From the NCBI RefSeq assembly GCF_009834535.1, contig NC_045698.1, positions 8,124,001-8,188,000 on the forward strand: a stretch of DNA of 64,000 nucleotides, written 5' to 3'. Positions within the stretch are counted from its first letter, which is position 1. Each line of letters starts with the position of its first letter. The translations under genes were made by a program, and so were the position numbers. The notes beneath the pieces were generated by a model. That model worked only from the letters and a program-made list of their open reading frames with translations, was not told where the DNA came from and made no database searches. Source of the DNA: Camelus ferus. Taxonomy: Eukaryota. Shown here piece after piece: positions 42,406-56,177 of the stretch.

Positions 42406-43731
42406 CGGTGTCAAAGACTAACCTAGAGCTATACGCATGTAAATGAGGAGCAGCTTTGTTTTGACCGAGGCGCCTCACCAGAGTGACACCAAGGCCGAGG
42501 CTGACTCGGAGGAGGGAGAGAGGCACGGGGGGTGGGTAGTCTACACAGCCTGTTTGGAGGCTGGGGCTGGGAGCGTGCAGGGCAGCTGAGCAGAGCGCTG
42601 GCGTGAAGAAAGGACCAACCACGATCGGCTCACGTGCCTTTCTGCGAAGGCCTTGGGTCTGAGGCGAAGCGTCTCACGCTCTCTCTGCTCCAGCTCGGTC
42701 CCATGATCTTAGCATCTGGACAGAATGCCTTTCAAGGATTTTAATGAGGGTAATGCCAGAGAACTAATATTCTATGTCGATTTTTGTGACTCAGGGTTCT
42801 TTCAGACTGACAGGGTGGGGCAAGGCAGGCTGTGGCCCGGGGCCTGGTGAGAACCTGGGGGAGGCCACCCAACAAATACTGATTATGTTGAATAAACTAG
42901 AGTTTGTCAAAAATTGAAATTAGCATCTTTGAACATTTGTGATACGCCTTTGAAATTGTCTGACATGATTTATGAGCCAGATAGAAAACCATGTGCTTTA
43001 CTTTAAAATCATACATTTTTTAGACCAAAAAAAAAAATGGAGTGTTTTTGTGTTCCTGGATTGTTGACCTTATTAACTCGGTCTCGCATCTGTCAAGCAT
43101 TATTTGAGCTTGACTAGCCCTTTTGGTGCTCTGTGACTACAAAATATTCCAAAAATGAATCCAGGCTTGAAGGAATGAACTTTAACGCCTTTCAAAATAG
43201 TGAAAAGAACGTGTCACAGGGCCCTGCAAAACCACTGGCAGAGAGGGATTCCCAGGAGAATGTGAACAGAGATGTCATGAGAATACGATGTGGTCTCCCT
43301 GCCTTCAAGGACGTAACACTAAACACTGAGTAAAATGCTGGCTTACTGTTCGGCATTCCTCGAACAAGATTTTAAAGTCACAGTAAAACATGCCTTTCAT
43401 GCTGCAGCACACCGAGGCTGAAAGTAGATCACGGGACCCAGATCCGCCATTTCACTGCGATAAGTAACACTCCGACATCCACCAACAGCCTCCATCCTGT
43501 TAATCGGGTGGATCGGAACAAGCCTCTCCCCTCCCGGTTTGAATACTCAGACTTCATCTACCCACCTGTCAGGTAAACGAGTGCACACCAGTAACCTCGG
43601 GTTCAAACTTAAGTTATTGCCGTGAACAGGCACATTTATAGACGCCTTCGAATAGACAGCTTTGCTATCTCTGCAACTTATTACACTTTCTGATTAAACT
43701 TGAAAGCGGATTTTTGATGTGATGCTCAATC

Positions 43732-43793
43732 TTTGAGCTTCTACTGTTTTACTCCCATGGCGTTTGAGCTTCTACTGTTTTACTCCCATGGCG
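43732..43793. repeat. Perfect 31-bp tandem duplication
   Basis: tttgagcttctactgttttactcccatggcg occurs twice, head to tail. Confidence 0.97.
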
Positions 43794-46665
43794 ATTGGTG
43801 GATGCTGGAATTAAGCCCAGCAAGGGGAACTCTGACAACATGGGAGTAGATACATCACTGCATTGCTTGTCCACCTGTGTAGAGCTCTCAGTAGGTTCCA
43901 GCTGTAGATGTCTTTAATTGAAAGTCAATCTAGAACAGGAAACCTACAAAACACTCTCGAAGGGATCAGACTTCAACTCAGTCAAGATTCTGTTCCCATT
44001 CTTATTGCTGCTGCCTTAAAACGGTGCCTGACAACTTCTCTCGATGTATTGTTTGAGGTTTTTCTTCTTTAAAATGTAAACACTAATACAGCCCTGTAGG
44101 GGGAGTAAATAAGAGGATGAATGTAAAATAGATTAATTCCGTGCTCAATAAACGGTAATTATGAATTTTAGAATCAAGAAAGCTTTGATTTAACAGCTAG
44201 TCCTTACATAGCTAGGTGTGAACTGAGCTTACGAGCGGCTCACGTGTTAAGCTGAAAAGTTGACTGATTCTTCGTTTGGCACAGATATGTCTGTTTTCCA
44301 TGATGGTCGGCTATGGGACTGCTGATTTTTTTAAAAATCTGACGTAATGTTTTCAACTCAAATTGCAGGAGTCTTAGATATTTATGAGAAAAAGTCAAGC
44401 ATGAGTATTAAATGAGTTCAAGATAAAAATTTTTAAAAAGGCAGAACTGTTTTGTTTTATGAGCTGCATGTCTTAGAAGTTCTAGGAATCTGGTAAAAGC
44501 TAAATTCATAGCTTTCATAGGTTAATCTGAATATAAAATATTATTCATTTCTGAATATTTCTGGCCCCTTGGACTTAGAAGTGTGAACAGACAGAAGGTA
44601 AAAAAAAAAGGGGCTGTAATCCACTTGTTTGCTTCCAGAGAATTCAAAATTACATATATTCTACCATGATCAGTGTATCGCAGTCAAAGAGGGTCAGTAT
44701 AGATGGGAAGAAGAAAAATAATTCTTTTTCAGGATGGGATGCTTTTGAGAGGGAAAAAAAAAATCTAAACCTAGAGAAGGAAATCATATAGCTTCCATAT
44801 AATCTTTTAATAAAATAAAATTAGATTAAAAAATCTAAAAGTATTTACTATGCAAATAACATCACTCAATATTGTCAATATTATTTAATGTGCTTATGTA
44901 AGTAAACAATAGGGACTATTTTGTACATATGATAAGTGCATGTATATTTGGATATATAAAATAATTTTTTCTAATAAATTAAAAACCTTTTTTCAGAGAT
45001 TCGCTCCTGCATCCCATCACATTTCTGTAAGGGAGGTGGAACAGACCAGTGCCTTTAAAAAGCAGAGATCCTGGAGCTGGGAAATAGCACACTGCCCGGG
45101 TCAGCCTCTGTGTGCGTGGACCTGGACTCAGTGACCACGAGGTCCTTCTGCTCTCCAGCACCACATACCTCCAGTTCTCCATCCACATGGGATGCTGCCT
45201 GAACTGGGGTCACACTGGACCACTGCAGGGGGACCAGCCCATCTCAGTGGAATGTTTTATTTATCTCTCCCTTTTATCCACACAACCCTGGCATCACAAC
45301 GATGTGAAGGTTACAAAGCCACTGATGCACAAGGATATTGCCTGAAGAAGACAATCATATTTTTAATAGATATCTGGGACAGCATTTACCTTTAATCACT
45401 GAAATGCACTGAGACTTTTCAGCTTACACTTCATTTATGCCCAGATCACCTAAAATAAGCATCGTACGGTGACCATATGATGTCATTCTAACTTGTTCTG
45501 CTTCCTCTCTGTCTGCAGACACTTCTTAGGAGCCAGGTGGAGGGTGAGGGGCTGCTGATAAAAACTGAAAATGGCTCTGCCCTCAAGGAGCTCTCAGTTT
45601 AGTTGCAAACACTCATGGATGAATAATAACAGTAAACTGGGGACAGAGATGGGTTTGGTTGTTACAGGAGCCTGGGGTACGTGGCGTGCCTAGGGACGGA
45701 CTTCTGGCAGAGGTACCACCCAGTAAATGCAGAAAGGCTGAAATTAAGCTCGCCAGCCTAAGGGGTGCTTTTGGGGGTTCTGGGCTCTTCATTCCAGGAG
45801 CAAAAGCACAGAGATTGAAAAGTTCTCATGCTACTGAAAATAAGCATATAGCTTAAAACAAGATAGCCCTCTAATATATTAATTCTGGAGACTTGATTGA
45901 ATATAGTCTGTGCCCCAAAATTATCAAAACCAAAATATTTGGTGCTTTTTTTAATATATATATACATACATCATCCATTACACACACACACACACACACA
46001 AAACAACAACATTAATATCTTTCTTGAAAAAGAACTCCAGTTGGTAACTACTTCTTTTTACCAAAAGCTGGTTTTAACTGCAGCTAATAAATATGTACAG
46101 TGGAGCTGTGAGGACACGGACACATCTTAAAGAAACAATTAAGGGCACATTTCAAAATCACACTTGACAAAGTATAACTATTCCTACACTAATCACAATT
46201 GTCTTCATAATACTTCTGTATACTTGATGGTGCATTTACACTATATTCCTTTATACAATTAACCCCAAGGAATAATTTCATGTTTTTTTAAGATGAAAAA
46301 ATGTGTTTCAGGTATACTCACAAACTAAGAATGTATGTATGTCACATTTAGATCCCATATGGACACAGAAATAGTACCTAGACACATGCTTGCATATTCA
46401 CATAGATAAGTATATATAAATTAGATACAGCACAAGTGATTCGCAGACATTCCTGCAGAAAATATGCTCGTAATTCAAATTACTCTATAAGTGTATTGTA
46501 TTATTCACTTCCTTCAATCACAGCACTCAGGGCGTCTTTCCAAAGTTGGAGGGCACCCCCAAAAAAGGCAGGAGGGGACATCATGGCCATTTCACAGTCC
46601 TGCTTCCCACCTGGTCCCTTGGAGCCCACGGACCAACAGAGCAGAGGGCCCGTTCCCCCACATAC

Positions 46666-46841
46666 CTGGCTGAAACTCTGGCCCGCACCTCGGACTTGTG
46701 TGCTGCGGGCGGGGAGCTGCGACGTCGGGGCGGTCTCCCCCAGGGCCAGGGTCTGGTTGCTATGGTAGCCTGCTGGATACTGGAAGGACCCTTCAGGTTT
46801 GGAATTGAGCTGGAGTGCACTCTGGGAGAGCAGGCTGGGCC
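46666..46841 (-). CDS. CTNND2: CTNND2 coding exon, 176 nt, equivalent to human exon 6
   Basis: Acceptor ttcaatgcag|GG CCC AGC and donor AGC CAG|gtatgt. Encodes (R)[58 protein letters not shown] (inside ORF 46501..46857). Phase 1-0. Confidence 0.96.
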
Positions 46842-47675
46842 CTGCATTGAAAGTCATTTAGAGCAGTAAGTGACAGCCTCAGTGAAGCAGAAATGACATG
46901 TATTATTTATTGAGAGTAGCCTAGAATTATCACACGCACATGATTCCAGCCATCTATGCTTTGAATTCTGAGCACTAAAATGACCATATAATTCGACTCT
47001 AGCTCTTAAATGAGTTTTTTTCTTTTTTTTTTTTCGGTGGTTTCAAAGTTCTCCAAAGAGTAGATTTTTTCAGATGATCTCATCCTGACCTACATAGAGA
47101 CATTCCTTAGGAGACAAATTAGTTAATCGTGTAGTTAATTTTAGATTAGATAATATCAGAAACATTTGAAATAATCTGAAAGGCTACTTTTTCGTACATG
47201 TTAATCGCGTTAATATAATCATTTCTCCTACTTAATCATCAAGATGCTAAAACATTTGAAACCTTCCAATCAGTGACAAACTCTATTGTATAAATAGTCA
47301 TGTAATATCTCAGTGCCTGAAGGGTAGACAGTGTTTAAAATATTAACAGCTCTCATACAACGTAGAGTTCTCCCTGATCCTCACATGGTCTCTGACAGTT
47401 ACTTATCTTCACCATCACAGCGATGCACATTCAGAAGACAAAGAGAAAATACACTGTTTAAATCAGTGCGGCCAATGTGGCTGATACTACAAGTGAGGGA
47501 GGAAGAGGATCAGTTCCTGGCCTTATTATTTAATTATCCTCTGGGTTAAGGAAATGTGGTTTATTTTCTTACTTTCCTTTTTGATGGGAGCTTTGCAACA
47601 GTTTGCTTATTTCCTTTGTTAAGTAGATTTTTTCTTTAATCAAATTTCACTTTGGGAATTAAAAGAAGTATGGGA

Positions 47676-47830
47676 GGGAGGGAGGGTAGAGCACGTGCTT
47701 AGCATGCACGAGGTCCTGGGTTCAATCCCCAGCACTGCCATTAAACAAATAAATAAATAAGTAAACGTAATTACCTCTCCCCAACCCCACCAAAAAAAAA
47801 AAAAAAAAAGCTTAAAAAGAAAAGAATTTA
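47676..47830 (+). mobile_element. tRNA-derived camelid-type SINE (Vic-1-like), copy D, A-box region missing
   Basis: ggagggtagagcacgtgcttagcatgcacgaggtcctgggttcaatccccagcac...aaataaataaataagtaaacgtaattacctc followed by a poly(A) tail. Confidence 0.85.
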
Positions 47831-50352
47831 AAAAGAAATACAGAAGAGTGGAAATGTACTACTATTTTCTACTGTGTGTGTTTGAGAGGGAATCAAGGTA
47901 AGTAGAGTGAGTTGGGGGGGTAGGAACTTGGCAAGACAAGTTTTCTCATGTTAACTGTATTATAAAGTGATTTCTTTTTTGATGGACGAGAATTTGACAC
48001 ACATGGATTACGGTATAATCATTGTGTCATCCTTCATCTCCCTCTTTGGCTGTTTAAGGCAATAGTATCATTTCTAATAACCGTAAGCAAATTTTAAGTT
48101 CCTTACTTCTTTGTTTTTAAGACTAGAACATGACTTTTTATTTCAAATAAGACCACAGATTTGCTATGACAGGGGTCTTCTTTTGTATGAACATAATGTC
48201 TTCTCTTAAAAAGTATCGGTTCACATAATATTTGCATTTAAGACCATCCCCTCCCCTCTGATTCCCTGATGGAACTTCTAAATGATGCAACAATACTTCT
48301 TCATCACTGGACACTGAATACTAGGCTGATTAGCTAATACAGGTAAGACTTGGCATTTTGGAATGTATACAGTTTCTGAGAAAAAATCAAGCAAGAAAAT
48401 AAAACCATGTCCATCCAGTCCCAATTTCATCGTGAAGGGCATAACAAAAGTACGATTGTAATCCTTTTTCCTTGTAATTTAGAAAATAAGAGTCCCAAGA
48501 AAGCCGTGTATACCAGATGGTGAAGTTTGCAATAGCTTGCAAGAAGAATCATTTGATCCATACCGATGGTATTACAGGGCTAGTCACCAGAAGTACAATG
48601 CATCTATGGGGAGTGCATTCCGAGTTTCATTCTGGATGCCAGGAACATATTGCCCCCACGGTGGCTGTCGAAACTGTCAGGCACAGAAACAGATTCAAGG
48701 GGTGGTCTCCGAGATATGGGGGAGCCTCTGGGAGGGCAGAGGGACTGGTGACGGTGCAGAGGCAGATGGGAACTAATTCCAAAAAACAGGAGGAAGAGGT
48801 GGGTCCTGAGAGGACAGTGATGACCTGTAGCCAAGGCTTTCCCCCAGGTCCCTACCCTCCTGAAGGTCACTGCTCCATGGAGGAGAGTGAGTTATGGTGG
48901 AAGAACAGAGGCCCTTTAAGATTAGTGGTCACCATTCTACCTAACAATGGGCTGCTTTCCACAGAGACTTCCTTTGGTTATTTCTTTCAGGACAGTCTAC
49001 TCTGACATAATGACTTACACTGTGCATATATATTCCTTTCTACACAATAACGTATTTCCAGGGCAATGAAAGTTGAAACAGACAAAATACAGCACAGAAT
49101 TTTGGAAATGTCAATAAAAAAAAAAGAATCTTTAATTTCATGTAAATAATTTAAAAATCCATAAAACAAAAGAGTTGTGGGTCCCGGTTATTTGACTTTT
49201 TTAAGGGACTGTCACTTTGCTCTGATGAACTTACTTGCATATGTAGTTAGGAAGTCAAACAAACTTGTCAATTCTGAATAGATTCATAAAAATTAGCTCC
49301 AGAAACCTCCAAATGCTCTCCATGCAGGATCTAACCATGACAATTTAAGGTCCCTTTTCATAGCAATTTCAATTAAATGTATGATTTATGTACTCCTGAA
49401 ATATCCATATGAAATAATCAAATCTGCTCATCTTTTATCGAATCAGTTGTGTATTTGATCAATACTCAAGGAAAACAAACCAAGATTCTCTGTCTCGTTA
49501 CTTTGTTCACACATCTGAAGCATGAAACCTAGATATGCCCTGACAAAGGTAATTGCAACAATGAGCAATATATCATAATCTCACAGCCCTGTCATGTCAC
49601 CTGGCAAGGACAAAGCAGTCGGGACAATAGCCAAAACACCACATGCATTTTAGAATGATTTTTCCATTGCTCAGTAGGTTTCAAATGAATGGCTTTTATT
49701 CCCTCCAGTTTTAGAGAACACAGATATATTAGAATATGGAAAAGGTTAAAATGATAGGACAATTCTTAATTACTTTCTAATAAAAGTAAAATTTACGTAT
49801 AATTAACCCCTGAGTAGCTTTATTACCATTACTGTGCATTGAGGAAGAAAACACAAATTTTCCAGAGATTTCAAAAGCGTTTATAGTTTTGGGCTTTAAA
49901 TTATGATTTTTCTCTCTCAAGAACTTTTGACTTTCCATCAAATCTTGCTTGAGCAAGAGGTCAGATTGGGCTGCATCCCTGAGGAAATGAAGGGTTTCCA
50001 CTGGGGGATGGGGACAACAGAAGAGGATTTCTTGGGGTGCTGGGGGGAGAGGAAGAGACTGGGCTTTAAATTTCCACCTAGGGGAATAGAATGTTGCATT
50101 GCTCCAGAAGAAACTGGAACTTTAAGCGACATCAGATGACAATGTCCTAGCAGTTCCCCAAAAGCAGAAGCCACCCTCTGGTATGTTTGCTTCCAAGACA
50201 TTGATCAAAGGGGTCACAGTGACATTTCTGATCATTCTGGATCCTTTCCATCATGGACAATCTTCAAAGCTCAGGCTAGGGGTCTGTTCCAAATCTCAGC
50301 CCTGGGGGCTAGGACGAGGAGGTGAAACCATTTCTGATAAACTGATAAAACA

Positions 50353-50858
50353 ATAAAGAAGCTGTGGTATATTTATACAATGGAATACTACTCAGCCATA
50401 AAAAAGAATAAAATAATGCTATTTGCAGCAACATGAATGGATCTGGAGACTGTCATTCTAAGTGAAATAAGCCAGAAAGAGAAAGAAAAATACCATATGA
50501 TATCACTCATATGTAGAATCTCAGAAAAAAGAAGATACAAATGAACTTATTTACAAAACAGAAACAGGCTCACAGACATAGAAAACAAACTTATGATTAC
50601 CAGGGGGAAAAGGGGGTGGGGAGGGATAAATTAGAAATTTGGGACTTGCAGATACTAACTACTATATATAAAATAGATAAACAATAAGGTCCTAATATAT
50701 AGCACAGGGAACTATATTCAATACTTTGTAATAGCCTAGAATGAAAAAGAACACGAAAAGGAATATATATGTATATATATGTAGACTCGAATCACTATGC
50801 AGTATACCAGAAATTGACACAACATTGTAAATCGACTACACTTCAATTAAAAAATAAA
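50353..50858 (+). mobile_element. 5'-truncated L1 (ORF2 C-terminus and 3' UTR)
   Basis: ataaagaagctgtggtatatttatacaatggaatactactcagccataaaaaag (IKKLWYIYTMEYYSAIKK, the L1 ORF2 end), then a cetartiodactyl-type 3' UTR (tatagcacagggaactatattcaat) and an A-rich end. Confidence 0.93.
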
Positions 50859-51599
50859 TGCAAGACAGTATGTATCCTTGATCTGATCAAGACACACTAG
50901 ATTCAACTAGACAGAGGGGAGAAATTCCAAGGGAGCTGAGGGACACGGAACCTGCCACTGATCCTAGGAAAGCAGAGCATCCTGAGTGTAATGCCAACAT
51001 CTCAGTGTGTCTTCAATTGTATGAACTGACTAGAGACCACATAGCAACCTGTGGGAAAAAGATGCCTTTGCCTCTTTGTCATTATTCTGAAAAGTGCAAG
51101 CAGGAGTGTGGAGAGGTTAAGAAGTCAGGCAGAGTCGTACACTTAGTAAAATGAAGGTGAGACACCCTTCTCGTCTTCTGTTCTCCAACTCCAGGAGTTG
51201 TGGTTGCTTAACATAAAAGCACCATTTAAATCACATTACACACATCAACATTTTAAGGTTAAAAAATTCTTTTGGAAATAGAAATCAACTTATTTGCAGG
51301 AGAAATCTTCCTGCCTCAGATTGTGGTACTGATTCCCCAGCAATCCCCTCCTTAGAGGGTCCAGGTTTGGCTGGGGGAAGCCTGCTGTCCACCAGGAATG
51401 GGACGGAAGTCAGCCTCAGCAGGTGGGAAGGTTGAAATGCTCATTTCTTGCATAAAAATTCAGATTCACTTATAGGTTGTATTAACATAAACACTAAAAT
51501 CTATAGAGTCAGTTTCTTCTTAAATTAACTAGATATTTGAGAATTTTCATGATCACGTGCATTCATTGTCTTTGCACAGATTTAAAATGACTTCATCTG

Positions 51600-52040
51600 G
51601 GTCCTAGAGATGATCACACTAATTAAAGTAAGTCAGACAGAGAAAGACAAATATATGAGATCACTTATATGTGGAATCTAAAAAAATGATGCAAATCAAC
51701 TTATTTACAAAACAGAAGTGGACTCACAGACATAGAAAATACACTTATGGTTACCAAAGGGGAAAGTGGGAGGTGGGATAAATTAGAAATTTGCGATTAA
51801 CAGACACACAATACTATATATACAATAGATAAACAACAGAGTCCTAATATATAGCACAGGGAACTATATTCAATAGCTTGTAATAACCGAAAAATGAAAA
51901 AAGAATATGAAAAAGAATATATATGTGTGTGTAACTGAATCACTATGCTGCACACCAGAAATTAACACAATATTGCAAACCATTAAACTTCAATAATAAA
52001 TAAATGAATAAATAAAGTTAAAACATTAAAACAAAATAAA
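51600..52040 (+). mobile_element. 5'-truncated L1 3' end with target-site duplication
   Basis: Same 3' UTR family as 50353-50858. Flanked by the direct repeat gacttcatctg at 51589-51599 and 52041-52051. Confidence 0.93.
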
Positions 52041-52329
52041 GACTTCATCTGAAATTGCTAATTTTTGTCTGCTTTAGCTAAATATTGGTCCCAGGAAACA
52101 GTAAACCCTTAATTAAACTACACAGTTTGCAACTGCAAAGAAAAGGCCAGAGGTCTACAAAGGGGTACTCTCGCGTTATTATTTAAGTTACAGTCATGCC
52201 AATGGAGTGGGCATGTGCCGGAAAAAAATCCAGGGCTGGAACCAGCTGACCTGGCGGACACTGGCCCGTCCTCACATATATGGAGGCATAGGTGGTCCTG
52301 CTGGAGGGGACAGCACTGCCAGCCCGCCT

Positions 52330-52545
52330 CCACGGAACACTTACGAAGTTCCAGGGACTGCTCTGAGCAGTTTCTATCTGCTAACCCATCGAGTCTTAAC
52401 AAGATCCAGGGAAGATGCCATCATCTCCATTTGTGTTGACGAAATGGAGGGTCCCGCTGACTGAGACCACACAGCGGTCCTGATGAGCCTGGTGCCACCA
52501 AGACAGTCCGGCTTTGGAGCAGAGCTCTTCCCACGCTTCGTTATA
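52330..52545 (-). mobile_element. MIR SINE (diverged)
   Basis: gaacacttac...ccagggactgctctgagc...atcatctccatttg...gacgaaatggagg resembles reverse MIR. Confidence 0.55.
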
Positions 52546-55500
52546 CATTCTCTATGGATTTTAATCTCTGCAAATTTGAGCACCTAATGAGATAATGGAT
52601 GTGAAAGTGCTTGGAGAAATATAAACTATTATACAAATGTCAGCTATTAGTATTATTATCTAATTATCTAATTACTTAGCCACATGGTCTGAGAATAAAA
52701 CCCTGATTGGAATGTGCCCTGAAAACCCTGTCACAGCACTGTCACACGTGTCACTTCCTGCTTTCTTTCATTTTTCAAAGGAGACATATGAGGCTTAGAT
52801 CATTAAAATGGCTTGAAATTAAAAACCAAACCAAACCAAACTAAACCAAACCTAGTGTCAGAGCCAAGAAATGAGAAAGAGAAAGTTCTTTCTTAGCCTG
52901 AAATTCCTTTCTCTGGCAACCTCAAAGCTCATTCGCAAACTTAAAGTGTGGTTGAAATGTCACCTCCTCCATGCAGCCTGCCCTGATGCCTGATTGCCCT
53001 GGAAAATTAATCCTACCCCCATTATGCTACCTTAACACACTCGAAGACCAGACTCTGAGCAATTTCAGCAGAGAAATGTGTACAGTATTACACAGCAACG
53101 GGTTTTCTGGGAGGAGAGTAACAGGATAAAAGCAGAGTCTGAACCTTTATGTGAAGGTAGCAGGACTCTGTGTTTAACTACTTGGGGACACGAGAGACCA
53201 GGAATTTCCTGGAGTGCAGAGAAAGGAAATCTTAATAACAGAGCAACCCAAACTAAAGTAGTGCCCACATTAGGGAAGAAGAAAAAAGTGTGTATTTAAG
53301 AGAACTTTTTTTTTGCAAAAGCTCCCTGGTACTTTGGGACTATGCAGACAGAAAGGGAAGGAGAGCCAATGTGACTGGACGCTCTTGAGCTGATCACTGG
53401 AAGGACATCGCTGACTCGGTGCTTGGGGGTTTTCTGCAGCGCAGAGTAAGTCCATCTAAGAAAACTGAGCAGACAGTACGGCACTCTAACAACGAAGCAC
53501 ACACCTTCTGTTTCTCCAAGTTTTAAGGTGATTTATTGGCAGTTGCTAATTCTGGTCTACTTCAGTTGACCACCTGTCCCAGAACACAACTAATACTCAA
53601 CAAATGAGTGTGAAAAAGAAGAAACTCCCCTCGTGTGTCGTTCCTCAGGGAAGGATTGGCAGGAGATGTGTGTTGGGAAGTCGATGTCTTGGGGAAGGAC
53701 AGTCTTAATTTTTAAATTATAGCATTGATGGAGATGGTGAAAATTGACGGGAGTTAGAAAAAGAATCTGGGCTTGATTTTAACACTGGCTCTAACAGACC
53801 TGACTATCTTTCTAGATCTTAAATAATTTCCAAGATCAAAGTTTGGTTATATATAAATGTGATTTTAGGACAGAGATGTAGCTATTCAGGTCATGAATGG
53901 TAGAAGCTGAAGCCACAAGAGCAAGACAAGGTCTCTAAGGGGTAATAAAGATATCAATTTAATTCCAAAGGATTATTTTACCATCGAAGGAAAGAGTTAT
54001 TAACAAGAATGCACTAAAATAAACAGCTGTGAGATCGAGCCACTGTCTCAAACAGGTGCTCAATGAATGTTTTGTTAGGCTTTTAATTCAGGACAATCAG
54101 GAATAATACACACACAAACTGTGACAGACAAGTTCAGGGCTGAACACTTGACCGTGGCAGCTTTGTTTAGATATCCTTTTGCCAGAAAGTTTATAAACAT
54201 TCTTTACTTATTCTTAGGTTAAACTAATTCTTCCTAAATGATATAAAATCTTACCTTTACGTAGATCATGAAAAATAAAGCCAACTAGATTCACACATAT
54301 CTTTAACTGTCAGAAAATTTGCATTCATTCCCACCCTCTTGTTATCCAATCTTTGCAGAAGGTTAAGAATAATTTGAAGGTTAAGTATTATTTTATTTTA
54401 AATGAGAGTTAATTCTTAGAGCAACATCAAATAAAGAGAAAGGGGAAACTGTTTAACAGAAAATATTGTGTAAGAATAAAGGGGAAAAATAGTGGAAATT
54501 ATATGCATATAAAAGGGCTACTATCAATTACAAAATCAATGATAAAAATATCAATTATTTGTAAGATTATTAAATTGATTTAAATTCAGCTCAAAGCACT
54601 GCAGTCATATCTAACCACAAGTTAACTGTACAGAGTAAAAACACTGACTCTGGCTTAAACTGCATTATCAATCCGTTTCATTGAAAGTAGCAGTTCTTCT
54701 TTACGGGCTCTGGATACACTTGCCAGTTTACAAACTTGCTTGGAATAAGAGGTAGCTCGTAGAGATAAACTGGTTGTGTTCTCCTGATCTTTGCTAGTAA
54801 CTTGAAAAGCTCAGATGTCAGAGTTTCACTGAGGCATTTCCCTGAAAATAGTAAATCAGCCCATCTACTGTTCCTAAAATTAACTGAGAGAAAAAGCTTG
54901 GGGGGGCGGTCGTTATGCAAGGAAGCTTAGGGTCCATGTGGCTGTTCTCTGGGCAGATATATTTCTAAGCTTCATTTCTAAGTCTCTCTGCCCAGAATAT
55001 CGATTTCACCTGGTCAACTGCTTGCGACGTATAACGGTTTTACATGAAAATTAAAACTTTCATGGTCCCAAGGAAGGAAAAGTACTCATTTGGTTTTTAA
55101 ACTGATTTAGATTCAACCAATATCATTAGTTAGTATGCCTTTTGATGTTTGACTATCGTATATGAATCGTATATGAATAAAGAGAAGGCTGGTAAAGCTT
55201 TTCACACTACACAATAACTCAGTTTCTTTACATCTGTATACAGTGGAGGGAAATGAGCAAAATGACGTTTATCACAAAAAATAAATTTCATATACGTAAC
55301 TTCAGTTTAAAATGCACAGCTCAAGAATTTGATTGCGCATGAGATTCTGCATGATGTTATCATCATAGAATGGTATTTTTATAACTCACTCTAGCCCCCA
55401 ACTATTTCCTTGTAAAGTTTTGTCTCCTATTTACTGTTCAAAAAAAAAAAAAATTAATGTGGCACAAAATGAAGAAAAGCATTACATATATCTCCTTATA

Positions 55501-55799
55501 AATTAACAGTCTAAAGATAACAGATTCGTATCTCTCATTGTCAATAATTGTGAAAAGAAATAGAAAACTAATACAAATCAGTTTAGAAAAAAACAAGATT
55601 TAAAAGCTAAATCCTGAGAACATTACAATGTTCCATAATTGGCATTACACTAGCTTAAAGAACCAGTCTTTAATTTGCCATGAATCATAGACTTTCCCTA
55701 GATATCTGCATGGTTTGCTCCTGTATTCATTCAGGGCCCTGATCGAGCATCTTCTTGCAAAGGATGCCTTCTGGTCCTCTGATCATTCTCTCAAAACCA

Positions 55800-56177
55800 G
55801 AGTGGCTCTCAAACTTGCCAGTCTCATAACCCTTTCATGCTTAAAAATTACTGAGGACCCCAAAGAGCTTTTATTTACTAAGTGGTAGAGAATACTATTT
55901 TTGATATTAACACTGGGAAGTGTTTACAAGCGAAGGATGCGTTGCACATTTTCCGTGAGCCGTCAGAGCGAGGATCCAACCTCTGGGAAGGGCCACTGAA
56001 CTCTCATCCCGCGAGACTCCCATTCTCAAACTCCGACCCTCCCTGCGTGAGAGCGTGCATGGAAGGGCAAATAGCGTGGTGGGAGGACTATGAAAACGGG
56101 TGCCTTTGCAGGCCCCCTGAAAGGGTCTCAAGGACCCCCAGGAATCCCAAGTACACGGTGCACTCTGGGAGACGCTG
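55800..56177. mobile_element. hAT-Charlie (Charlie1-derived) non-autonomous DNA transposon
   Basis: Inverted ends agtggctctcaaa ... tgggagacgctg. Internal aattactgaggaccccaaagagctttt and ccccctgaaagggtctc..ggacccccagg are Charlie1-family segments. Confidence 0.7.

Noticed and set aside
55155..55176. 11-bp tandem duplication atcgtatatga x2
   Set aside because: An ordinary short slippage duplication with no functional context.
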